Source: Bilabrum cf. latius (Eukaryota). Taken from it: a stretch of DNA of 64,000 nt. Below are positions 48,701-60,700 of the stretch, piece by piece. The notes beneath the pieces are model-generated. The model was not told the DNA's origin. It searched no databases and saw only the letters and a list, made by a program, of their open reading frames with translations. The number at the start of each line of letters is the position of its first letter. Positions within the stretch are counted from its first letter, which is position 1. The position numbers and the translations under genes are program-made. The stretch covers positions 992,001 to 1,056,000 of the forward strand of contig OZ237746.1 in NCBI GenBank assembly GCA_965178125.1. Reading direction: 5' to 3'.

Positions 48701-51700
48701 GCAGGAATCGAGCGATGGCACCGGCCACTCGTGGCCTGTCGCCGATGTCTCCCCCGCTCTCGTCTGCACCGTGGCTAACCGCAGCACCGGGAGGCAGGAT
48801 CTGAGATGCCTGCATAGCCTCAGCCTCTGCTGCCTCGGCCACTGCACGGGCCCCGCCAGTGTCCTGCCATTCCTGCAGCCCGCCCTCCACCGCTCGCCCC
48901 GCCGCTTCCTCGTCCAGACGCCCCTTGGCCTTCTCGCTGGAGGCCCACTCCTGCAGGCGAGCCTGCTCGGCGCTGCGGGCAGCTCGCACAGCGGCCTCTG
49001 TGTGATCTCTGATCCACCTCCTTCGTAGCAGCACAGCGCACCGGGCCGCCACAAGGGGCCGAGCATCCGGCGGCCCGATCCACAGGACCGCATCCCCTGG
49101 CTGGTCAGCGCTGCCTTCCGCAGGCCCGCTTGCCCCGAGCCACGACTGCACGAGCGCAGAAAGCTGCTCTGTAAGCTGCACAACTTTGGGATCCATTCTC
49201 GAGCGAGGGACCGTGAGGCCAGCGCTCGCGGGGTCGGCGCTCTGCCGCACCTCATCGAGCGCCGACTGCATGGATGCAAGCACTCGGCCCGCCGACCCGT
49301 CACCGTCCGCGGGGGCGACCCGCGCCAGCGTCTCGCGGTCGAGCAGCACGTCTGCAGAGGACTGCGAGCTCGAGTCGCCGCAATAGGCAACCACTCGGAG
49401 AGACGGGGTCCAGCGGAAGGCGCTACTCGTCCCACCTGCAACGGACCCCTCTCCATGCGCGCTGCCCTACGACGTTCCATCAGCACTTCCAGGGAAGCGT
49501 GGAGTCAGCACCCACCGGAGGGAAGACGTGATGGTAGCCACGCGGGCTGACACCGCCCGGTAGCCAGAATGCTCGGCCGCAGCGACCGCGACCCCAACTC
49601 GATCCGACCCAGCAGCCGCCTCTAGCGCAGAGGCGGGCGTGGCTGTCTCTGCAGCCAGCGCCTGCACGTGTTCCACCGCGGCTGGGGCCGAGTCGCTATT
49701 TGGCTGAGAAAGGCCCAAGGCAACTGTGGCCTCTTGCACAGCCCCGGCCAGGTCTCGTGGACGAGGCGCCTCTGACGCCACTACCCTGCCGAGTGCCGAC
49801 GCTGCAGCCGCCGTGCGAGCCTGGAGCGTGCCTGCGAGCACGGACTCGACTCGACTGCGAGCGTCGATGGCTTCAGCGTTCTGACGAGCGTTGTGGAACA
49901 GGACGCTGTCGGGCAAGTTGCCGCGCACATCTCTCAGCATCACAGGCACGCGTGCAGCCCTGCGCAGCACTCGACCGGTCAGCGCCGCTCGCTCCGCCTT
50001 ACCGGGCCCATCCGCGTCTACCTGCGCGCTGGCTGGTATCACACCGGCGCGTGCAAGCGAAGACGACCTGGCACGCAGCGGAGTGCCCGGACGAGACGGA
50101 GGCCGGCCGCGACCGAACGTGTGTGCCGAGGGTGCCAGCGAGTCTGCTTCGCCGCCGCGCGGCTGCTGCAGCCAAGGCATCCAGTCCAGGTCTGGCCGCG
50201 CATTGAGCAGCAGGCGACGGAGTGCGTCCAACTCGGGCGAGGCCTCGGCCTCGCGGTCCATTGCGTCGGTGCTCAAGCTCCTGGGCCGCAGCGCCTGCTC
50301 CACATCCTTTGCACTGCACCCGGGACGCAGCGGCAGCACGAGACCGCAGGCGGCGCTACCGGCCACGGGCGCGCTGGCTGTGGGAGAGATATGGGGATTC
50401 TCCAGGCACCCTGCCGCTGCCAGGGCCCGCGTCGCATCTGCACCTGCCTGCATCATGCCGGCCAGCTCGGATAGCTTGCTGTGCGCCAGCGCGCGACGCT
50501 CTATCGCCTGCGGCTGCCGAGACGCGAACCGCAGCCTGCGCCTGCACTACTCTATGCGGAGACGCAGCGCCTCGCTGCAGTGCCTCGCACCCAGCATGGA
50601 CGCGGCCAGGGCGGCGCAGCCTCGCACCATCAGCTGCGCGTGGCGAGGACCAGGTGACGGAGGCGTGGCCGTGCGTGCCAGGCTTCCGACCCGCAGCCAC
50701 CGATGTCCTTTCCCTCGCTCCTCCGTGCTGGCTCCTCGCGCTCTGGCCTGCCGCAGGCTGCCGCGCCACGCAGACAGCAACTGCAATCCAGCCCGCCGGC
50801 GCGAGACCGCGCACCGGACGAGGGCCTCTGCGATGCGACGGGCCACCGGGTCGCAGCACGCCAGGTACGTCGCGTGCTGCACGATGCTCCCAGCGGGAGA
50901 CGAAGCTGCGCTGGATGATGACAAAGCGTCCGCGCTACCGAGAGCCCCGCCTCCTTCCACCGCGAACTGCGCGCTGGCTAGGCGGCAGGACCACGCTTCA
51001 ATCGGCGAAGCGCGGTCCTTGCTGGGTGCTGCTTTGGTGCAGCGGTGCGCTGCGAGAAGCGCGGAGCAGGTGGCACCAAGGGACTTTGGCCTACAATCGG
51101 GCCCGAGGGCCGCCTCGAATGCTGCCTGGTGGAGGACGCGGTGCGCACCGAGGCTCACAACGCTGTCGCGCGCGATCGGAATCCTCCCTCCAGCCGTGCT
51201 GCCTGCTGCCGTCCGCGCAGCATCGTTCGCAGGTTCTGTCCCGGGCGAGACCAGGACTAGCGGGGCGGGCTCGCTGGCCTCTAGCGGGGTATTCCACACC
51301 AGCAGCATCCGAGTCGCATCGCTGGCGCCGGCCGCTGCCGCCTCAGTCTTCTCACTCCCCTACCGCGACTTGACAATGGGCTGCGCCCGCGGTCGGATGG
51401 AATCTCGGAGCTGCTGGGCAAATAGGACAGCCCCGGCCGCCGCCTGCTCCAAGTCTGCATCCTCTTCTTCGGTTCGGTTCGTCCCCGGCCTGCTGCCTGC
51501 AGCTGCAGCCAGGAGCAGGTACCGAGCCGCGTCGGCTGCGAGCGGCAGGCGGTCAGGGCCCTCGAAGTCCTCGTCGTCTGGATGAAGCCCCGACCCCGGC
51601 CGCATACCCATGGACGCGGCCTCGCCATCCGTAGCACGGCTAGGCTGTGTGCCGCCCCGGGCAGCGGCAGCCGGTGATCGCGTTTGGGCTGCCACCGAGG

Positions 51701-54700
51701 CAGCCAACTCGCAGGACCATTCGCGCGTGGCCTGCCACCACACCTCTTGCCACGGCTGCCCGTCGCCCAGCCCTTCGTTCAGCTGTAGCGACCCCAGTCC
51801 CGCCTAGATTCCCGCGCGCATGGGACCTGGGATGTCCCCGCAGCAGGCCAGAGCCATGCTGGCCTCGTCCACGGAGGGCAGGCCTAGCAGGACTGAGCCG
51901 CTGCCGGCCACATCGTCTGTTTGCCACGAATTATTCCGCAGGGCAGCAACCGCTCGCATGCGCGGAACTGCGGCGGGCGAGGCGGCGGCGTGGGAAGCCA
52001 GCCGCAGCCGTTGCATGGCTGCACCGGCGCGCACTGCGATCCCACGCGGCTCTCTGCCCGGCATCGATGCGAGCAAGGTGGCCAGCACGCTGGAGGCACC
52101 CATCACGCGCCCCATTTCCCGCGAACCGTCGTTGAATTGGGTGCAAGCAAGGGCCAGCAGGCCGGGGCCAGCCAGACGACGCTGCAGGGAATCCATGGCC
52201 CGGACGCACCCCTCCTCCCACTCCAGCCCGGCGCGGCCCTCGGCCTCGCCGGCCGGTCCGAGTGGTCCAGGCTCCGGGCCGGCTTTCCGCATCCGCAGCG
52301 TCAGCCTTCCCTGGCTCGCGTCCACCCACTGTAGCGATAGTGGAAGCAGCTGCAGCAATTGCCGGAGCAGCCTGCCCCTCGCAGGCGCGCTCACGACAGG
52401 CGGCCACACCTGCTGCGACCGCAGGCGCATGGCTTGCTCTCGAGCCACAGGAGCTCCAGCCATCAGCCCGCGCACAGCTCGCAAGCCACTGCTTGGTGGT
52501 ATCACGCTGCGACCCTCCGTGAGACGAGAGCGCAAATTCCGCGCCGTAGACCCAAAGACAGCCCCCGTGGAGACATCGGCGGAGACTCCCGGCCTCTGCC
52601 GCCCAGCGCTAGCGTTCCCGGCCCCTCCTGGCCCTCGGGCAAGCACTGCCCCCGCTAGTCCGTGCGCCTCCTGCTGCCTGGCATCTTGCACCTGCTCCAG
52701 CGCCATGGACTCGACTGCTGCCCTGCGAAGGGCTTCCGCAGTTTGCTCGCAGGAGAGGGACAGCTCCCAGCCTGCCACGGGCCTCGCGCCGTACGTTCCG
52801 TGCATGGCGCCGACACGTTCTCCAGACGCTAGGTGTCCGTGGCCAAGTTCTGCATCCGCCACCCGGGGCGGGCGGCCGTGGGCTCCAGGTCGCTGCACGT
52901 CGGACCCGAAGAGGTCCGGGTAGTCAGTCCAAGCCCCGAGCGCAGCCTCTCGACGAAGCGCGGCGGCAGCCGAGGCGTCGTTGGTAAGAGGGTCGCCACC
53001 GTGCATGTTGAGCCGCTCCAAAGCATCGGCACCACCGCTGGCGGACAGCTCGCTGCCGACGCCGCCTTGCGGCCGGCCCCGCACGGGGACGGCGTCCGGC
53101 AGCGCGGCCTGCCCGCCCGGCTCCACGAGCAGCACCACCCCGGGCTGCCACGGAGGCAGCCGGTCCGGCAGATCCACTCCCCCGCCTTCACCCTTCTCCA
53201 CGCACAGCTCGCCGCTGGGACGGGACTCGTCCCGAGCTCCCAGCACCACTGCCACCCGGACCGTCTGCCTACCCACCGCGGCGGCAGTGCGCACCAGGGT
53301 CCTGTCCACGGCGGCACGCACGGACCCGCTGCTGCCGACCGCTGGCGCTGAAGAAGCGGCGGGTGACTCACCCCGGTGCAGAGATAGCCGATCCCGCTCC
53401 CCTGCCACCCCGTGCGCGGCCTCGACTGGGCCACCAGCCAGCCAGCCACCGGCCAGCGCAAGCGGAGCGATCCGGCGCCGACGCCACCGCGGGGCTAGGC
53501 TCGCTGCCCGGGTGCGTGCCGGTGCCAAGGCAGGTGCAACGGCCCGCCGGAACGTACCCACCCGCATCGCAGGGCTTGGCGTAGACCGACCAAACTGCAC
53601 AGAGGGCCTGCGGTTCACCAACCAGGACTCTAGAGCCGAAGCATCACGCAGCGGACCCGCCAGCTACCGCCCCCGTGCATGCTCAGCGCCACCCTCTGTC
53701 GAATCGCTCCTGCCAAACCTGCGCCAGCCCATGGCGCCGGCTCCGGGCCGCAGCCAGGCAAGCCCGTCCTCGCCCGAGCTCTCCGACGGCAGCTCCAGCA
53801 TGTCTGCGTCCCAAGGATTCTCGCCCGGCCCGTCTCCACCCTCCGAGCGCGACTCTGCCGAGCGGGAGGTGCGGTAGAAGGGGTCTCGCTCCGTGCCCGG
53901 CCCAGCAGTTCCATGGCTCCTGCCGGCCGCGGATCCCCTACTACTCTGCAGCTGCTCACGCCCCGTGAACCACCCCTGGTCCTGCGGGTGCTCTCCCTCT
54001 GCTTTCCCGTCCTCGATCGCCATGGGTACCGCCCCGCCCTCGATCCGCCGCCTCTCGCCGCCCCTAGACCCCAGGCGCGTTGCAGCCCCCGACCACTCCT
54101 CCTCGGGCTGCAGCTCCAGCGCCTGGCCCGCCTGCTGGCTGTCGTTCTGCCACTCGCTTCCTAGATCCAACAAACCCATCCCGTCTCTTTCTCGGCCGCG
54201 CACCAACTCGGACGCGGCAGCCACGACAGCGGTAGGCAGTCCGTCCGGCCTCACCCGCAGCTCCTCCGCCAGCTCTTCCCAAGCGCTGGCACTGCGGGCG
54301 GCAAGAGCTCTAGAGGCCGCCACTTGCCTCATCGCCGCCTGTCGCGCCGCAGCCGGGCCAGGAGAGCTGCTCCTGTGTCGCTCCGGCACTGTGCTCGTGC
54401 TCTCCCACTGACCGGGTTGGCCGCAGCGCGGGCGGGGGCAGATCGCTGCAGAGGCTCCCAGCTGCTCCCTTGACAGCCCGATGAGCCGTGGCTCCAGCGC
54501 CTTGCGCACGTCCGCGGCGTTTGTGCCTATCCCCGCCCTACCCAGCAGCAGCAACTGCTCCAAGGGGCACAGCCTCGTGGTGTCGGCCCTGCGAGCCACC
54601 GGCGAGTAGACGTGCACTTCGAGCTCCGGCGAATGCTGGGTCTCGTCACCCTCCGCAAAGGAACGCGGCGCCTCTGGTGGTTCGGTGCCGTTCTTCGTCG

Positions 54701-57700
54701 TGGCCCTGGTTCTGGTTCTGGTTCGGGTTCGGGTTCGGGAGGGCGTGTGTCCCTGCATGAACACTCGCACCACGCGGAGCTCACCTCCGATGCGCTAGGC
54801 CCACGCAGCCACCTGCCTTCCTCCCGAGCCGCGCACCCGGATGCTGATGGGCTGGGCCCGGCCGCGGCCCAGCATGGCAGTGCCACTCGGAGCCACCGGG
54901 AGCATGGCCATGGATACGGCGAGCGGAGCGGGAAACTTGCGCACGCTGCCTCCTGGCACCGCATCGCCGCCTGGTCCTTGCACCTGACTCGCAGACAGAG
55001 CGCACGCCGCCTCCACTCGCGCCCAGAGGTCCAGGCCGGCCCTCGAGCCGACAGACACGCTCTAGATCCCCAATCCCGCGTCGTCCCGCAGGCCGCCTTG
55101 CGCGAGCTCGAACCAGGCGCCCTGCTCCGGCCGCATTCCAGCGCCCGCTGCCGTGGCCTGCCTGCGGTGTAGCAGCCATTCGCGAGCTGCGTCCCGCACC
55201 TGGACCAGGAGTGCCTTGCGCTCCACGCCGATCATCGCGCCCACCGTGTCGATGCCCCCGCTGGACCTGGAACCGCCCTCGCCCTGTTCCTCGCCCTGCT
55301 GCACCGCGTCCGCCCCCCTGTCCAGACCTACATCCCCGCTCGAGGCCCCTAGCGCGAGCGCGCCCTCCCGCAGCAGCCGCTCCCACGTCGATGCCCGCAC
55401 CATGTCGCCGGCCGCGGCGTGCACGCCCAGGTATGGATCCACGGGCGACAGTGCTGCTGCGAGCGCGTCGTACCCGCCGGCTCTCCACCGGCCGACGGAC
55501 AGCCGGTCCACGAGCGCGGCCGCGACGCGGCAGAGGTCCCCGGAAGCGATGGACGCTCGTTCTGCAGGAGACCCGGACTGCTGCGCGATGCGCGCGGTGG
55601 CCCACGAAGGCAGCTGCACGTCCCAGCTGCGCTCCGAGGCCTGCCCGCGGCCCGATCCAGAGCCGCCAATCCCGCCGGACGGCAGCATGTGCGTGCCCTG
55701 TGCCTCAATGGCCAGCCGCAGCTGCGGGGAGGGGAACACACGCAGCAGCAGAGCACCGGAGGGCTGCCGCCACGCCTCGACTCGCGCTGGCAGCCTCCCG
55801 GGGCCCAGCCGCACAGCCTTGCTCAGCAGGCGGGACCGCTGCCGCACGATCGACACCAGCACGCGGCCGGTGACAGGGTGCCTTCGGAAAGCCAGGAACT
55901 GCGCCAGCGAGGTCACGACGGCCCCGACGGCGTCGAGGCTCTCGGAGATGCCTCCTGCCACCGCCCGCCCCTTGCCGCGCGCGGAAGAAGAAGAAGAAGA
56001 CGACGACGACGACGCGTCGGCGCTTTTGCCCTCGTTCGTCCCTCGCTGCGCTCCGAGCTTGCGTCGCAGCGCCAGGGCCCCGAGGTCCGTGCCAGGGCCC
56101 GCCAAGCGCCCGGCAGCGCTCCTCTCTCGGCCGCGGCTCGCGTTCGCGCCAGAGGCTCCCCGCAGTGCGGGTGGGAGCGGCCCGGGCGCGCTCCTCGGCG
56201 CCTTTCGCCCTCTCGCGCGCAGCTTTGGAGCCATCTCTAGCAGCTTTCGTCCGGCGCGGGTCCCCCGCAGCACCTCTGCGACGTGGGCCTCGTCGTCGTG
56301 GGTGGCAACTACGCGCCACACCGCGGCTCTCTGGTGGTACACGCAGAAAAACACCCGCCCGAACGCGTGAAATGCCGCGATGGTGCACAGCGCGAGGCCC
56401 TCGGCCCCGCCACCCTGAGGCGTGCCGCCGCTCATCCCCAAACTGCCCTCCCGGGTGTTCCACCCAGCCCCTGCGCTTCGCTGGACTAGCGCGGCCTCCT
56501 CGTCCCTGCCGTAGTTCCGCAGGACGGAGCTGAGCAGCAGGGGAGTAGCAGCCGCTGCATCCTGTTGTTGGTGTGAATCAGTCGAGCCGCCGGCAGTGGC
56601 GCCGCCATCGATGTGTTGGTGTCGCCCAGCGGTGCGTGCAGCTGGCCTGGCGTCGTACTCCCACTCGCCAGGGACCTTGGACACCCCGAGCCACACCCTC
56701 GAGTCGCGCAGCACGGCTCGCAGCACCTCGTCCAGGGCTCGCAGCCAGCCGCCGTCGCCCCCGTCACCGTCTACGGTGGGCACTCCTCGCCCCGTGCGCC
56801 GCCTGCCGTGCTCCCGCTTCCAATCCAGCTGTCCCGCCTCGGCATCTCGCTGCGCCGCCGCGCTGATGCTGCCACCGAGGCCATGCTCCGGACGCACGTG
56901 GCCAGCGCTGCGACCCGTGCGAGACTCATCCTGGACGTCTGGCTCTGCCGTGCCTGCGGCAGCTGGACGGCGCGGTGGGCGGCTGGCCCCCTCGGCAGCA
57001 TCGCCCGGCCGCCCCTGACCCCGCTCAAGCTCACCGTTTACGTCCTGCACACCTCCATACAGGTTGTACCCCACGTGCCCGTCTCCCAGCAGCACCAGGC
57101 TGTCCGCCTCCAGCGCCGTCACATACATGTGGTGCGGCGGAGTCTCTGCCGGAGTCACTGGCCCCGGACCCGCGCCGTTGCCAGCTCCTCCACCAGCACC
57201 GCCTTTGCCTGCTCCTCCTGTCTCTGACGACGAGCCATGCACCACACGCGTGATGCGACCGGGCGCCAGGGCCACCAACGCCTTGGCCGCCGTGTGCGCC
57301 TTGTCCGAGACGTACTTTGTGGCGATGGCAGCCGTGTCCGAGGATGCCAAGGTCACGGCTCCGTGCCCCGGCCCAGCGCCCGCCCCCTCCCCGCGTTTGC
57401 GGTGGCCGGCCGAGGCGGAGGCCGAGACAGCTGTGGCGGGGGCTCGCGCGTCGCCCGGGGCCCATCCTCCGTGCGGCCTCAGCGCCCGGAGGGCCGTCTC
57501 GCTGTGCGCCGACACGACCGCGTACCTGAGGTAGAGCTCGCTGCACCGCGCCTCCACCCAGGCCGCGATGGCACGCATCGCCGCGTTGCCGAGACGACAG
57601 CCGCTCCCAGCGGGGGCGGCGGGCCACTCCGGGTGCAGGATCCTCTGCCGGACGCTCGCCACGGTGGCCGGCGCGGGCAGGCCCAGGTCCTCTCGTCCGG

Positions 57701-60700
57701 AGCCCGGCTGCGGACGCCCGTCCGTCTCTGCCCTCAGCCGAGTGGCTAGGTCCCAGGGCGCCTCCAGCAGCAGCAGGCGCGCGCTCTCCCACAGCGTGCC
57801 GGCGCCTCGAGTCATGGGGGCCGACAGCAGGCCGCGCAGCTGCGCCGCCGAGTCCTTGCTGCCCGCGTGCGCCACCGAGTCCCCCGGCCCGAGCACACCT
57901 CCCTCCCTCCCTCGGGCCACGGCACGCTGCCGCAGCAGCCACCACTGCCGCCCCGCCTCCCTGCGCGCCTCCCTCTCCTCCTGCGGCGTGCGCCCGTCCG
58001 GTACGAGCAGCATGCCCAGGGCCTCTGCCACCAGCACGAAGGACACGGGGGGAGTGTCCGCGGCGGCGGCCCGCTGCAAGTCACTCGCCATCCGCAGGGC
58101 GAGGGGGCCGGGGCCAAAGGACGAGGCGGGACCCCCTTCGTCCGGGCGCGACACCTGCAGGCGGGAAGGGTCCGCGGCGGCACCGGCCCCCGACCCGCCC
58201 CCGCCCCCGCCCCCGCCGGCGCTGGTGTCCCCATCGGCCGCCGCCCTCACGCCGTCCTCCCCGCCACCCAGCCGCCAGCACGCCTCCGACTGCGCCTCGA
58301 GGCAGCTGGCCAGCCCCGGTTCAACGGCGGCGCTCATGGCCTGCGAGAAGAGCGCGTGGTCAGCGGGGGACAGGTCGCCGCCTTCGCCCAGCCGCAAGGT
58401 CTCGTCGCCGGGCCCGCTCGGGGGCATCTCCAGGAGCCGAGCGTGCTCGAGCGGCAGGCGGCTCTGGGCAGCGCCGCCGCTGTTGCTCGGCAGCTGCTGC
58501 ACCTCGGTGCGCGTGGGGGGTGGCAGGGCGGGGCAGCCCCCGAGGGGCACCGCCACGGCATCGGGAGCGGACGCGTCCCTGTAGCCCGACATGGCCCTGG
58601 CTTGCGGGGGCAGCAGCTGGCCAGACGATCCACCCGAGCCGTTCGATCCGGCCTGCGCACGGCCAACCAGGCCCAGGCCCAGGCGGCTCGGCTCCACCTC
58701 TTGCCACTCGGGACCCACCCAGCCGCCGCGGCTGAGGAGCCCCTCGCGCAGCAGCTGCGGCGCACCCGCCTCGCCCAGCACGAAGCGCCAGTTCCACACG
58801 GCCGCGATGCTGGGCGGCAGGGAGCGCGCCGGGGGGCTCTGTGAGCTGCCGGCGCCGATGGAGCTCGGGGGCGTGGGCAGCGGCATCTGCATGGCCGGCC
58901 GGCCCGTCTGCCTCCGGTCGCCGTCCTCCCGACCGGCGCCCTCGTCGTCCTCGCCCCCGCCGTACCCCAGCTGGTCCCGCCACAGCGCAGCCCCGAAGAT
59001 GTCGGTGCGCTCGGGGGCCCCCGGCAGCGGGTCACGCGCGCCTGCTCCGACAGCAATTGTACCAGCAGCAGCTTGCAGACCGCAGGACCGCAGGCGTCCG
59101 GCCCGTGGCGCGGTGGGCGCCAGCAGCACCACCACCCTGGGCCGGGGTCGCAGCTTCCGCACGCGGGCAAGCGCTCGCGCCGCCCGGCTGCGGCCCGCGG
59201 GGGTGCGGCCGCAGGTCAGGTACGTCACGGCGCACCGTCCCGCGGCCAGGACCCGCTGCAGGGCGCGGTGGGTCGGCGGCAGGCCCTCGTCGATTGCCTC
59301 CGGGGCCCCGTCGGCGGTCTGGGGCAGAGCCATGGGCCTGGCTCCCGGGGCCATGTCCCTATCGTACCCCGGGGCCTCCCTCTGGTCCACCTCGGACTCG
59401 CGCGCCCAAGCCCGCAGGTCGGGCCGCACCCCGTCCTCCAGCAGCCGCGGGAGGAGGGTGAAAGCGCCCGCGCACTCGGCCCGAAGCGCGTTGACGAGCC
59501 GCTGCTGGGCGAGCAGGGGAGTCTCCGTGGCGAGCACGAGCACCACCGGCCGCCGCAGCCCCTGCACGGGGCCCAGCAGGCCCCGGATGTCGGCCCCGGA
59601 CAGGGCGGAGGCGCCCTGCGGCGTCTGCGGCTCGGACGCCTCCCCGCCGCCCGGGGACTCATCCCCACCGCGGCGGGGCCCAGCGGGCAAGCCATCCACC
59701 GCCCCGGTGGCGCTGGCCGCCTCGCTGGCGACCCTCGCTCTCCTCCTCTGCTCGACCACCAGCGCGAGGCCCTCCGCCCGCTCCGCCCGCACCGTCTCGG
59801 CCACGCACGCGCGGACGCCCTCGGCGCCCTCCAGCCGCAGGACGAACTGCGGCGCCAGCATGGCCGCCTGCGAGAGGGCCTGGCACCACGCCAGCAGGCA
59901 GCCGGCGGCAGCTCCCGCGGCGCTGCTGCCGGTGCCCCACGAGGCCGGCCTGGGGCGCGCGGCGCTCTGCACGGCGAGCTGCATGAGCCCCCCCCGGCGC
60001 CGCAGCTGGCCCCTGGCAAAGTCCCGGTGGGCCGGCACCAGCGACGTCTCCGGGGGAGGAAGCACGGAGTCCTGCAGCAGCGGCCCGCTGCGCCCCTCCA
60101 CCGACGGGTCGGCCTCGCGCCCGGGGGCCGGGCCGTCCGCCACGCTGGACCCCAGCGGGGGCGCCGGGGGAGGGGACGCGGCCGCCGCCACCACGGCCCG
60201 CACGCACAGGGTGGGGTCCGCGAGCATCGCCCGCGCGGCTCGCAGGCGCCAAGGCGGCAGCATCACCCGGCCGGCCCTCGCGGCGGACGCAAGCCTGCCC
60301 GCGGCCGCGCGCACCTGCTCCCGCAGCGCCCCCGAGCCAAGGCGCCGCTCCCGCAGGAGGGACCAAGGGGCCAGGCACAGCGGGCTCACGGACAGCCGGT
60401 CCTCCCTCTCCGGCCGGGGCAGCGCGGGGGAGGCGGACTGCGCGTGGTCCACGGCCGGCAGCAGGTGCGAGCGCACGCGCATCTGCTGCGCGCCGCCAGC
60501 CCCGGCCGGTGGTCCCCGGCCCGTCGTGGCGGCCGTCGACTCCGACTCGCGGTCTGCCGAGGTGGGGGCCAGCAGCAGCGCCGCCACCTGCACGAGCATC
60601 AGCAGCGGGGGGGCGGGCGCCTCGATCCGGAAGAGCCCCTCCAACCCCTCCGCAGTGATCCCGCGGGCCGCCACTGCCGCCGCCTCGGCCGCCTGCAGCA